This document shows, piece after piece, positions 1-10,882 of a stretch of DNA of 64,000 bases. A program made the translations under genes and the position numbers. Every line of letters starts with the position of its first letter. Position 1 is the first letter of the stretch. Under the pieces are notes generated by a model. That model saw only the letters and a program-made list of their open reading frames with translations, made no database searches and was not told the DNA's origin. Source of the DNA: Macrostomum lignano (lineage: Eukaryota); NCBI GenBank assembly GCA_002269645.1, contig NIVC01001020.1:124001-188000 (forward strand), written 5' to 3'.

Positions 1-487
1 CGAAATCCCCGCCGAGGATCATCACGGCGGGTTGCAGCGGCTGCTTGACCTTGGACGCGTAGGACTCGGAGGTCTTGAGCGGGGCCGCTTTGTCTTTGGA
101 AGGCGGTAGGCCGGCAGGGTTGCCCCCCTGAGAGCCCGAGGACACGGCGGTTCCTGACGGCCCAGCCGCGCCACCGGACTCCCCAGAGGGCCTCCCCGCT
201 GCGGTGGCTCCCGAAGGCCTCACCGCGGCTTGCGTGCCCTCCTCAGACGCAGCAGCAGCCCGCTTCTCCTGCCGCTTACGGTTGCGGCGGATGTTCCGCT
301 GTCGTCGAGACTCGGCCGTGCGCGGTCGGCTAGACTGGCGGCCAGGGTGATCGGCGGCAGCGTCAGCTGGCCCGGTTGGACCAGGTTGGGCGTTGGTGCT
401 ACCAGTGGTAGCTACCGGAGCGGCTGATCCCGGTGAGCCAGAGGCGACCGGGTCAGTTTCTTTAGGGATGGTGGCGTTAGTGGCCAT
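1..487 (-). CDS. N-terminal part of ORF1 (gag-like) of a non-LTR retrotransposon; runs off the window start
   Basis: Manual translation from the ATG at 487 is open to position 2: MATNATIPKETDPVASGSPG...RRQRNIRRNRKRQEKR...SYASKVKQPLQPAVMILGGDF. It has a low-complexity A/G/P/S N-terminus, a basic cluster and an SYAxxV motif typical of LINE ORF1. A GC-rich leader (~488-950) abuts AT-rich DNA. Absent from the ORF track because no stop lies in the window. Confidence 0.6.
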   Translation of the reverse strand, partial: MATNATIPKETDPVASGSPGSAAPVATTGSTNAQPGPTGPADAAADHPGRQSSRPRTAESRRQRNIRRNRKRQEKRAAAASEEGTQAAVRPSGATAAGRPSGESGGAAGPSGTAVSSGSQGGNPAGLPPSKDKAAPLKTSESYASKVKQPLQPAVMILGGDF

Positions 488-3352
488 AGCTGAAAAGCGG
501 GGGAGGGCTACTCGTTATGCGAGTTGAGTACCCGACTGGCCGACACCTCAAGCCAGCCGGTTTGAAAAAAGGACCGCTAGCGACCGGACTACTCCCCGGC
601 CTTCCAGCCCATCGGCACGGTCAAACACCTTAGGCATTAGAGGGTACGTTAAGCAGTACCACGGCCTGCAGGCTGGTGAGCCAGACCCGCATACCCAAAT
701 TCGGCCGAAGCCACTGGATAGGGTCGCCAGCGCCGGAGCCCAGTCTGTCCAGCAGCCCTAGGGTCTGCCTTGAACACACGCGGGGACGAGTACCCCTGGG
801 TCGACTTGCGAGACAGCGTGGGGGAGTCTGCGGCTGCCAGAGGCAAATAGAGGGTGCAGACCTCCCACCAGCCTTGACCTGCTGAAGATGGGGGCAGGCG
901 TGAAGCATCGCAGACCTTAGCTCGTAGGCCTAGTCTGTCTCATACTTCACTGGCATGCTGAATACGCCTTCGCGTGCACTACGTAATGCGTATAAAGTTG
1001 TTGATTTTCAGAATTTTGACGCAAAAAACGCAAATTATACTACTATCTGGAAATGAAGTAAGTAGTATATGAAAACGCTATCCTAAATTATAACCATTTT
1101 TCTTTAAAGGCTTAACCATGCTTAAGCTATTTTTCATGCACTGCCTTAAAATATGACACAAAATAACTCTTTAAATCCTAATCAGTCATATAGCCTACGG
1201 CTATAGCCTTATGTAAGATATTAAAATATTTGAAAAATTATATAAAAAGTAGTAGCAACTTCTTTGTTATAGTATTTTTCATCATGTTACTATTTATCAA
1301 AGCAGCGATCTGAAGACAAGATAACAGACAAGAGGTCAAGGCATTCTTTGTACAAAGATGTATAGACATAAGACATTCCCAGTTGTCTGAAACAAGACTC
1401 AAGAGAAATTGCACTCTGAGCCTTAAAATCGCACCTTGAAATTTGGCACAAGGTGCGATTTCGCACCTTGTCTCTGGCGAAAAAAAAACCCAGCTTACAC
1501 GCCTGTGCATACATTTATAGAAAATTATAGAAAAGTTACATCACATACGTTACACGTAAAAATGCGTACAAAATTAATTTTAATTATTCGTAGCTTTATA
1601 TCAACTTTCTAATTTTTACTTTGATATGTTGCTAGCGTTTCAGCCCCTAGCCGGGGCTCTTCCGCTAATAATATATTTGTTGCAATTACATTACAGTTTG
1701 ACCTTCTTTAAAACTTTGGCTGCTTTCTGCTTGTAAACTTTAACAAAGTTTTTTAGGTTAAATTTGACACAACCAAGGGAAACGATTTTTTAATATCTAT
1801 TAGATTAAAATTCTTCTTTGCCTTTAGGAAATACTTGTGACTTTTTTGATGAATACATTGGTCAATGCTTCATATATCAAACATTTCGATTTTTCCATTA
1901 TAATTTTTCGTTTTCGTTTTGTCTAAGTGAATTTACCCTTAGCCTTAACAGCTCCAACGGGTTATACGTCGTATTTGCGATCCAAAACTGTATTGCTCTA
2001 AATCAAACAGCGTTGTCTTACTCTTACGACTAGCTGTTTAAATTGAAATAGAGTACATACATTACATATACATTGCGTATATAGGCCGCTATATCTATCA
2101 TTTTTAGCATAAATTATTCGATGCATATATATATCGATTTAAATATATATATATTCTCTTTTGATTCGTTGCTTTGTCTGTTGGCTAGCTAGCTTGGCAT
2201 ATACACTCAGCAATATTTTAAAGTTTTCTATCCCATAGCCAGGGGTCAACAAGCGGCAATGTAACTTTAATTTATGCTATAACCCTATTATCTTATTAGC
2301 CAAAGCTATATATGCTATGGGCCTTATAATGCAATGCAAATGCCACTTGACTAAATTGAACACTGCATTGGATTCAGGGTAGAAACTTGAATATTTTACT
2401 GAGTACAATAAACGTATTTGATATTTGGTACACAACTAATTAAAATTAGGCCTATCATTATTTCATTTATATTTATATATGCATATTAGTAGTATCCCAT
2501 GTAGTAGGCCTATCAAGTAAATAACTTGACTTGACTGTCTAATGCTTATACATTAGACAATTTGAAAGAGCCTTTATAATTTAAAATAATTTGTAGTGTC
2601 ATTGTTATAGCTTTAACTATTACCAACATTATTTGCCTTATTCTAAATCCATAGCCTTAGGTACTATTTAATAATAGCCTTAATAATTAGTGGGTTTGTG
2701 TGTGAATGTATTGCTTTCTCACTGCATGCAGGCCTGGCTGCCACAGTAGTTTATTAATTATTATGTGTTATAAAAAATAGATTTTTTAGCATTTTAAATA
2801 AAGAATAACTTAAGCAATCAATTATATAACTTACTAATCATACAACAAGTTTTTTTATAGAAGTAGAAGTCAAATGATATTGTATGCTTATATAACATAT
2901 AGTGTATACTAGTAATGTCTAAATGTTTTTGTAATTAAAGTTCTAGATTTAAAGGTACTAGTATTCTGTGCTAGCTTTAACATAGCATCATTTTGCCTAT
3001 AATTTTTTGTATAGTAGCCAATAGCAGAGTAGCTACCTTTAATTAACTACTATATGCCAGTTGATTAAAAGTGAAATATTTAGCTTGAATAATATAGCTT
3101 GCTAAATAAAGAGTGAAAGAAATAAAGTAACTTATCAATATAAATGAGATAGGTATTTTTATTTTTAATGTGTTTTGTCTAACAATAGGGTATCACACAT
3201 AAGGCCCATTTAACAAAAAAAGAAAATTTATGTATAGTCTTAATCCAAGTATTTTACAATTAAGTTTGTGTTGCACAAATATTAGAACAACAATCATTAC
3301 ATTAAAATTTCATGTCCATATCATATTTCACATTCATGCATAGGCGCCTCAA

Positions 3353-6300
3353 ATGGAATCAGCAAATGTGGCAAATGCCAAAGCAGCTGCAAAAATCCAG
3401 TTTGCAGTCAGCCTTCTAGGCGATGGTATGTATTCGGTGCTCCAGAGACATTTTGGCTTAAAGAACCAACTGGATTTCAACGATTTGCTGAAGATGATGT
3501 CCAGCAAGGTCGATGAGGCTTTTTCAGGCTTGGAACCTCAAAATCGGCAGCTGCTGCAGCATCTTCTGGAGCGTGCGAAGGCAATCCGTGACCGACATTC
3601 TCGCCAAGACTTTGATGTGCACCGATCTGAGCACGATCTTGAGTGCTTATTAAAGCTCGCGTCCTTGATGGGATTGAGCGAGTGCCAGCAAGAAATTTCC
3701 AACTTTGCTGGAGTCTCAATCGGAGACTGGGAGAAGCTCAAGTCAGAGGGCAATGAGCATTATAAGAAAGGAAGATGGTTGGAGGCAATGAATTGCTACA
3801 CAAAGGCAATTCAATGTAATACAAATGTTGCTGTTCTGTACTCAAACCGAGCTCTGTGCGAAATCAATTTGCGCAAGTTCGATCTTGCTCGAGAAGATGC
3901 TGAAGATGCAATTGGACTTGACCCCAGCCAGATTAAGTTCCACAGAATTCTTTCTGAAGCTCTCTATAAGCTGCGGCTACATGAACCAGCCTTGGATGCG
4001 TGTCAGACTGGCCTCAGAATCGACTCTACAGACGAGACCCTTCTTCTACGAGAGCAACTTTGCACAGCTCTTGTTTTGGACAGCCAGCAGGATGTAGGTG
4101 CAGAAGGAAGCAGCCAAACCCAAAGCAGCGATCTCTACAAGAAGCTGCGAGATTGCCAAGTAGAGAGTATATCGGGAATTTCACCTGACGAAGTGAGCCC
4201 CATAGACAGCACCATTTTGCAGAGCATCAGCGAGCTGGATAAGGCCCACAAGATTCTGCAGTCCGGCAGAGGCGACATCACCGAAGAGCAGAAGGCATTT
4301 GAGATCTTTGAGTCCGTTGCAAAGCAAGGCAGTGCGCAGGGTCTGTACAACATGGCCATCATGTACAAAGACGGCAATGCAGGACTGGCTCGGGATCCAG
4401 CAAAGCATTTTCAGCTGTGTCTCCAAGCCGCCGAGCAGAAGCCGTACTTATCGGCCATGGACGACGTGTTTCTCAACATTGGTGTGGCGGAGGCGGAGAA
4501 CGCCCTCGGCGTGGCCTACAGAGACGGCATGGCCGTGGAGAAGGATGACAAGCTCGCATTCAAATGGTTTCTTAAGTCCGCTCGTCACGGCTACGCATCA
4601 GCCATGAGCAACCTCGGGCTGGCCTTCTACAACGGAGCTGGCTGCGAGCGGAGTCCGACCTCCGCCCGATGGTGGCTCCAGAAAGCCGCGGACCTCGGAC
4701 AGTCGGAGGCGCAGCTGAAATTAGCTGGGATGCTCATCGAAGGCGAGGGAGGACCAGCCGACTCTGAGAAGGCGGTTGAACTGCTCAAATCAGCTGCGGA
4801 CCAAGGCCTACCAGGCGCTCTGGAGGCGCTACAGCAGCAAATGCGGCGCGGAGCCATGAAGGCGAAGCGCATGAACTCAGCAAGAAAAATCGTGGAAGAG
4901 AAGGCAGCGGCTAACGACAAAGAGGCGCTGTTTCTCCTCGGAAGGAACTACTTGCACGGAGAAGGAGGATTCGAACAGGACTTTGAACTGGCCGAAATGT
5001 ATTTGAGGAAAGCTTCGGACCTGAACCATGAAAGGGCCTTTCCTGCTCTGGGCAAGCTGCTTCTGCAGCTAGGAAAAGAAGAAGATGCGGCTTTCTTTCT
5101 TCGAAAGGCTGCCGAGAGCGGTGATGCTGAGGCACAGTGGGTTTTGGGGTGCATGCTGTGTCTTGGACAAGGTTGTGAAAATAACCCCACTGAAGCTCGT
5201 AGATGGCTGCTCAGGTCCAAGAAAGACAGCCAAAAAGAAGTGGAAGAACTGTTGAAAGCTTCTTCTCAGATTTTGTTATTTGAAGCTGCTCGTGGCCTCT
5301 CTAAAGATGGTCTTAGTCAATATGAGAGATTTGCAAGGTATGTCGAATCCTTTGCATCAAGCCACAAGTCGAAGGAAGTGTTTCGTGACATTTTCCAGTA
5401 TTGTAAGCAGACGATGGGTGTGTCGCTGCATCCTTCGGGCTCCAATCATATGTCCACTATGCTGACTTCGGAGCAGTTGATGGCAAAAAAGGCTGCACAG
5501 GGGTCAAAAACCGCGCAAAAGTACTTCATCGGCTTCGAACTTTTGGACCAAATGCGCTCTGCTTTAGATAGCAACAACGGCCCAGAAGCTTTTCGACTCT
5601 ACCGACTGGCTGATAAAACCTGGCAGCCTCTTGTCATTGACATTTTTACCTGGAAGAAACTCTTTGATGCGGCCACTGCAGCCTTTGAGAAGAATCGTAA
5701 AGATTCTGAAGCTTATTTCGTCATAATTCATTACCATAGTGGTCGACAACTTTCAAATGTTGCTGAACTCCTTCGAATGGCGCTGGCTTGTACCAATCTG
5801 AACCCTAATGTGGCTGACTATTACAACTTGTTAGGCAACATGTACGGATTCAACGGAGATGGAATCAGCGCTTTAAGGGCCTTTGAGCGAGCTTTAGAGC
5901 TAGACTGGGAGCCCCATTGGCTTTACGGCAAAGCGTCGGCCATCAGGCATCATCAGCGGCTGAGCGATCGCAGAAGAGTCATCGAAGCGTATGAAGAGTA
6001 CATCTCTGCCAACGAAAAGGACGATCGTCACATTCCTGAGGCTTGCTATTGCATAGCGTTCGAGTATTTGGGCTTGAAAGACAAGGCAATGGCCAGGGAG
6101 TATTTCCGGAGAGGACTCCAGGCTGAGAGTCCCGAGGTGCGGCTGCCGTGCTTTGAACCCGTTAACGATTGCCCACCGAAAGAAATGCTGCAGAAGATGT
6201 TTCTGCTGTATGATCTGGAGAATTCCAGCCCGCTGAACTCCCAGTTGCCAAGTGAGTCGAGCCACGGAGACCGATGCAGCTCGTGTGGAAATCGGGACGC

Positions 6301-6397
6301 TTCGCAGCGCTGCAGCAGGTGCAAGAAGGCCTTCTACTGCAATAGAGACTGCCAGCTGAAGCACTGGAAGGCTCACAAGAAGCACTGTGTTAATTGA
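3353..6397 (+). CDS. Intronless 1014-aa protein: N-terminal Swt1-type HEPN-like domain, TPR repeats, multiple SEL1-like repeats, further TPRs, C-terminal zf-MYND
   Basis: TPR: EKLKSEGNEHYKKGRWLEAMNCYTKAI...VLYSNRALC. SEL1: AENALGVAYRDGMAVEKDDKLAFKWFLKSA, AMSNLGLAFYNGAGC, AQLKLAGMLIEGEGG. MYND: CSSC...CSRCKKAFYCNRDCQLKHWKAHKKHC. The N-terminal IRDRHSRQDF...DLECLLKLASLMG resembles HEPN. Pyrimidine tract plus AG at 3342-3343 just upstream of the ATG. Confidence 0.92.
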   Translation: MESANVANAKAAAKIQFAVSLLGDGMYSVLQRHFGLKNQLDFNDLLKMMSSKVDEAFSGLEPQNRQLLQHLLERAKAIRDRHSRQDFDVHRSEHDLECLLKLASLMGLSECQQEISNFAGVSIGDWEKLKSEGNEHYKKGRWLEAMNCYTKAIQCNTNVAVLYSNRALCEINLRKFDLAREDAEDAIGLDPSQIKFHRILSEALYKLRLHEPALDACQTGLRIDSTDETLLLREQLCTALVLDSQQDVGAEGSSQTQSSDLYKKLRDCQVESISGISPDEVSPIDSTILQSISELDKAHKILQSGRGDITEEQKAFEIFESVAKQGSAQGLYNMAIMYKDGNAGLARDPAKHFQLCLQAAEQKPYLSAMDDVFLNIGVAEAENALGVAYRDGMAVEKDDKLAFKWFLKSARHGYASAMSNLGLAFYNGAGCERSPTSARWWLQKAADLGQSEAQLKLAGMLIEGEGGPADSEKAVELLKSAADQGLPGALEALQQQMRRGAMKAKRMNSARKIVEEKAAANDKEALFLLGRNYLHGEGGFEQDFELAEMYLRKASDLNHERAFPALGKLLLQLGKEEDAAFFLRKAAESGDAEAQWVLGCMLCLGQGCENNPTEARRWLLRSKKDSQKEVEELLKASSQILLFEAARGLSKDGLSQYERFARYVESFASSHKSKEVFRDIFQYCKQTMGVSLHPSGSNHMSTMLTSEQLMAKKAAQGSKTAQKYFIGFELLDQMRSALDSNNGPEAFRLYRLADKTWQPLVIDIFTWKKLFDAATAAFEKNRKDSEAYFVIIHYHSGRQLSNVAELLRMALACTNLNPNVADYYNLLGNMYGFNGDGISALRAFERALELDWEPHWLYGKASAIRHHQRLSDRRRVIEAYEEYISANEKDDRHIPEACYCIAFEYLGLKDKAMAREYFRRGLQAESPEVRLPCFEPVNDCPPKEMLQKMFLLYDLENSSPLNSQLPSESSHGDRCSSCGNRDASQRCSRCKKAFYCNRDCQLKHWKAHKKHCVN

Positions 6398-8812
6398 GCA
6401 CCGCGAATATGCCTTTGTTTAAAGTGATGCTCAATTTTGGAAATTACTAAAATTTGAAGTGTTGATTTATAAATTAATTTATAAATTGAATTTAAATTAA
6501 ATTAAATTAAATTACTGTTAATTTATACATTATAACTTATTTGAATAAGTTATTTAACCAGGTCCGAAATCCTGAAACTAAGCTTAATATTATCGCCGGC
6601 AGTCCGATTCCAGAAGTTAATTTTCGTGCTTTCTGAAAAATCAGTATGAATTAAAGGTGTAAGTTTATGTTAAGCTTACGCTCTTATAACTATCTAGACG
6701 ACTATTTTTCTGTCATTCTGTTTCAAGTTTAACCATAAATTTCAATTTTCAGCCCCATGGGACAAAAGTAATTTCAAATGAGGCTTTTTTATGGCCTAAA
6801 TAGAGGAGCTTTGGCTTTCCAAAAAAATCGTTGCTGGTGAGGCTCTTTAAAAAAATCATTTTCAAGTAAGCAAAAATGTGGCGCTGTTTCAGTAGCTTAT
6901 TGCAGCAAAACCAGCCTAAAACAAACAAATGAGCACAAAGGACCAAAGCATGTCCTGGTGTATGCACCTCATGGGTACTGACGGTACCGTACAACTTGGC
7001 TGTCACTCCTGACAATTTTTCAACGTCATGTAAATTCAGGATGCCAAACTTCAGATCAAATCCATAGAGAAAGTTTGCACATTTGAAATTGCCTCTGCCA
7101 GTCAATGATTTATTACTAAATTGTTAACAGTAATGGAAGCCAGAAAATAATTGATTAATAGCCCTACAAATTAATTTTCCATGTTTTAATACGCTTTACA
7201 ATTCAGTTTTTGTTTTTCTTCGCTGTACTGATCGGTTTCGTTCCTTATCGGTTTTGAAAGGTGCTAAAGTTAAGCAGTTTACTGCTTAAACTGTTTATTG
7301 CTAAATGCTTCCAATTCTAATAAAGATTACAATTTTTCTATATACGAGCTAGTTGTTACCAGCAATCGCACTATTGATTATAACAAAGTTACCTGGTGTA
7401 AAAAACTAGGAATCAAAATTTTTAACGTTTTCTTAGAACTGAAGTATATTTGCAACTTCAAATACGAACTTATTTGTATCGGATTTGAAAATCACTGTAA
7501 TAGTGACAACTTGGTCGTATAAGCAATATAAAATTTGCCCAATACAACGCTTTAATCCAACTTCAAATAGTTGATTAGTTTTCACTTTTTTTACTTTTAA
7601 CCAAAAATATGGCTGGCTCTGTTTATTTATTCCTTTTTTATATTTCGTTATTGTTTCTTAAAATCTGTATCCGATCCAGTCCAGAACCCGACTTTGAAGG
7701 TGCCGACGACGTCAGGATGATAACGGAATGCTTGACAAACTAGTTCAGGATGCCCACCCTGCAAAATTCAAGTGTCTCATGGGTGCCTCCTCCGCCAGTA
7801 GAGGCCCAAGAAGTGTGCCAGTGCCAACAAATTGCCTTGATGAGCTAATACTTTCAAACGAATCTATGATGTAACCGCCCTTGTCGCCCGTCGGCTCCGC
7901 GGGGAGGCGAACGCATGTCCAGAGGGGGCAATGACCGTAGGCTGCCTATGACCGGGCAATGACCTGACGGACCTCCAGCACCAGACTGTCCCGCCCACAT
8001 GATTATAGCTTTGGTAGCGCTTTCGTAACCAGAGGGCCAATGACCCACATGGACCCCACCTGTAGCCAAGGTGCAATATTTAGTCACTCGGTCATAGCTG
8101 CCACCACTCTATGTGACCTGGCGCACCTGGATCTTACTTACTACCAGACCTCTCGAGGCTAGAGCCCCGCCTGGATTGATTACCAGGAGATTTAGGCTAA
8201 CAGGGGAGACGCATGCAGCCGAGTACAGGGACTCTGCTTGGGGCATGATCGGGAACTTTGGGCTCAATCTGGAGGATTTCTCAGCAGGGGATTCTTTGTG
8301 GCTGTGAGCGAGGCGGACTTGCGGCTTCAATTACTAAGAGTAGTGTGAGATAAACATGTACTAGCTATAGTTGAGATTGCTCAGGGCGAAGGGACGCGTC
8401 AGCATTGGGTTGCAACCTTCCTACTGCTATTCTGTGCCAAGACTCGTTAATCCCCTCTACTGCACGCACACTCGGACCCGCAGCACGCACACACAGGCGG
8501 GCTTTGCACGGGGAGAGGCCATTAGCTTGCCCAAACTTCCTTATGCTTTGCCACCCAGGGAGAAGGCTTAGCAAGCCATGAATGAAATGATAGTGAAAGT
8601 GTGAATAATGAGGAGGTTTAGTAATAGTTAACGATTAGGCCCTTAGGCAAAATAATCAGGCAATTAGGCGGCTTCACTATTGAATAAAATACAGCAAAAG
8701 ATACGGTATCACAATTGGTTCAGCTCTCTAATCAATCAATGGGAAATAAGCAAACCCCGGATAAGAAAAGGCAATTAGAGCACAAATTAGTAACAGGAAC
8801 TTACCGGCGGCT

Positions 8813-8816
<4 letters not shown>

Positions 8817-8851
<35 letters not shown>
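8817..8851. repeat. (AG)n microsatellite
   Basis: Direct reading of the sequence. Confidence 0.9.
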
Positions 8852-8856
<5 letters not shown>

Positions 8857-9076
8857 TGACCGTGGGCGGCTACTGACTGCAGTCAGGCAGACTGTGATGC
8901 GCTGAAGCGACGAGGCGCTGACGTAGTTCAGGCGATGCTGAAGATGCTGGGCGGTAACAGACCGCGGGCCGGCAGAGGTTCGTCCTATAGACGAATGGGT
9001 CAGATCAAGGTCTGACAGCGAGTCCAAAGAAGGACCAGAGGAGAGCCAAAGTCTCAAAAGTTGAGGATTCCCATGC

Positions 9077-9900
9077 TTAACTTAACTTAACTTGATAAGT
9101 AATTCCGGCGCCTCAGCCATTGAAAAAGGCTCTTACGCCACTAGATATAAATAAGTTTCCTGATAGGGAGTGTACTAATGTACACAAAAAGCCAAGTTAG
9201 ACTATAGAGGACTGTACAGGGCTGTATCAAAAAAACCAAACCTCCCCGGGGGACAGTAGCGGTTCGACGAACCAGTCAGGAGCCCGTGCCCAAAAACCAG
9301 GTTAGATAGACCCCTTAGCCTATTAGGAAGGCCCGAAGGCCAAGAGCCGTGGCATCCATGCTGGGGCCGACCGCCCCTCTACCCCCGGGTACAAATCATA
9401 AACCTCCCCGAGGCCCGTGGGGGTTGAGAGAACCAATCAGGGAAGCCCGTGCCTTCTCCTGGGTTAGATAAGCCAAATAAACCGGTCAGTTGACCGCCCC
9501 CACGGCCGTGGCAACCCGAAGGAGCCTCCCCCCCCCCAACTAGACCCCGGGTACTCTTGCCAGACAGTCTCTTATCTTTGAAGCGGCAGGAGGGCTATTC
9601 GCCGGGACTGTTTCACCCTTTGCTTCGCCAACCCGCCATTTCTATAGTGACCGTGCCAACGGTCTCGTCCTGCTCAGACTCAGTCCTGGTTCTGGCACAC
9701 TCCAGCTTTAATAGGGTCGCTGGCTGTACGCTCAGAGGGCGCCTGAGGGATACCGTCAGAGCACCTTGGTACAGGTATAGGCCTGCCTTCCTATACAGCT
9801 ACCCACAGCCCTTCCCGATCCACTATTACCCTCCAACCCAGCCTACTCACTCATTACAAGCTTTCAGCCAGGCAGAGACAAGTTTCACAGGAGTGACTGC
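9077..9900 (-). mobile_element. Probable degenerate 3' end of a non-LTR retrotransposon ending in a (TTAAG)n tail
   Basis: The minus strand ends ...GGCTGAGGCGCCGGAATTACTTATCAAGTTAAGTTAAGTTAAG, a short tandem tail as in LINE 3' ends. Upstream sequence is GC-rich with no intact ORF; the left boundary on the element is uncertain. Confidence 0.3.
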
Positions 9901-10852
9901 GGTTAAGCGTCTCTATGCGAGACAAAACCACGGCCCATGCCGAAAACCGCTTCCTTATATAGCCTTCCCAGCCGCCGCCTCAAGGTCGTTTGCATGACTC
10001 CCTCTCTCTGATTGGCTGCCGGAAAAATGACGTCAGAATGAGTCATAATGAGAAGCATGAGAACGGCATAGCAACATGATAAATGGGAAAATTGCGCAAT
10101 CTGGAGGTGGGGTGGGAGGATAATTGGCGCAGCGGGAGGTCGCGAAAGTGTTGCGCGAGCAAACATTGAGAACAATGGGGCTGGGGTCGAGAACAAAGGA
10201 AATGGAAATCGGGGATAATTGGGGAGAATCGATAACAATAGAAAAGTAAACATTACAGAAAAGGTGCTAATTGGGTGCGAAAACGAGAACAAAAGAAAGA
10301 GAAAATCGGAGAAAATGTGATAATTGGGTGCGAAGACGAGAACAAAAGAATCAAAAACGAGAACAATAGAAGCGGAGGTGGGGTGGGTGTCGCATGAGAA
10401 ATTTGGGGAGGAGAACAATGGCATGAGAAAAGGTTGCGCAAGAGAGGGTGATGAGTCATCGAGGGGAAAGAGGGCCGAGGGGTCACAAGACTTGCGTCAC
10501 CGTTTGGGAGTTTAAGTAAGGGATGGGGTGACGATGAGCGCACAAAGTACTGTCAGTAGGTACCAGAAGAGGGGGACAGCGCAGGAAAACAGTGCAAAAA
10601 GATGGGAAGCGGGAAAAGTACATGATAGATAGGGTAGAACGCCTGGGAAATAGGGTAGCGGGTGAGGTACAGAGAGGGATAGGGGCTCCTGAAAGGCATG
10701 CGTGGCGGCGTGGGAGACGGAGCCTAGGCAGCAGGGGGTGCAGCAGAGCGGGAGTCAGCAGGCCTGGTCAGAGACCTGGCCCAGTCTCGAAGGCTCTGCT
10801 CCGGAGGTGCACGGAGATCGGAGGTACTTTTGAAAAATTCCCTTGCCATATC

Positions 10853-10882
10853 CCGCGACCAGAGCGTGGTTACATCATCTAG
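10853..10882 (+). mobile_element. Helitron-like 3' terminus (hairpin then CTAG|T)
   Basis: CCGCG-accagag-CGTGG hairpin at 10853-10869, a 9-nt spacer, CTAG at 10879-10882, followed by T. The matching A|TC 5' end was not located. Confidence 0.4.

Noticed and set aside
1636-1667. Hammerhead-like fold on the minus strand (CGGAAGA-GCCCC/GGGGC-TGAAAC)
   Set aside because: The core reads CGGAAGA rather than CUGANGA, and no NUH site or stem I pairing follows; at most a decayed Penelope remnant.
6790-7060. Minus-strand FGPLCSFVCFR resembling the EnSpm/CACTA transposase FGPL..F.CF motif
   Set aside because: A single short motif surrounded by stops; too weak to call without a profile search.
7750-8600. 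GC-rich block with several short ORFs on both strands
   Set aside because: Probably a decayed retroelement, but no RT, RNase H or endonuclease motif could be recognised.
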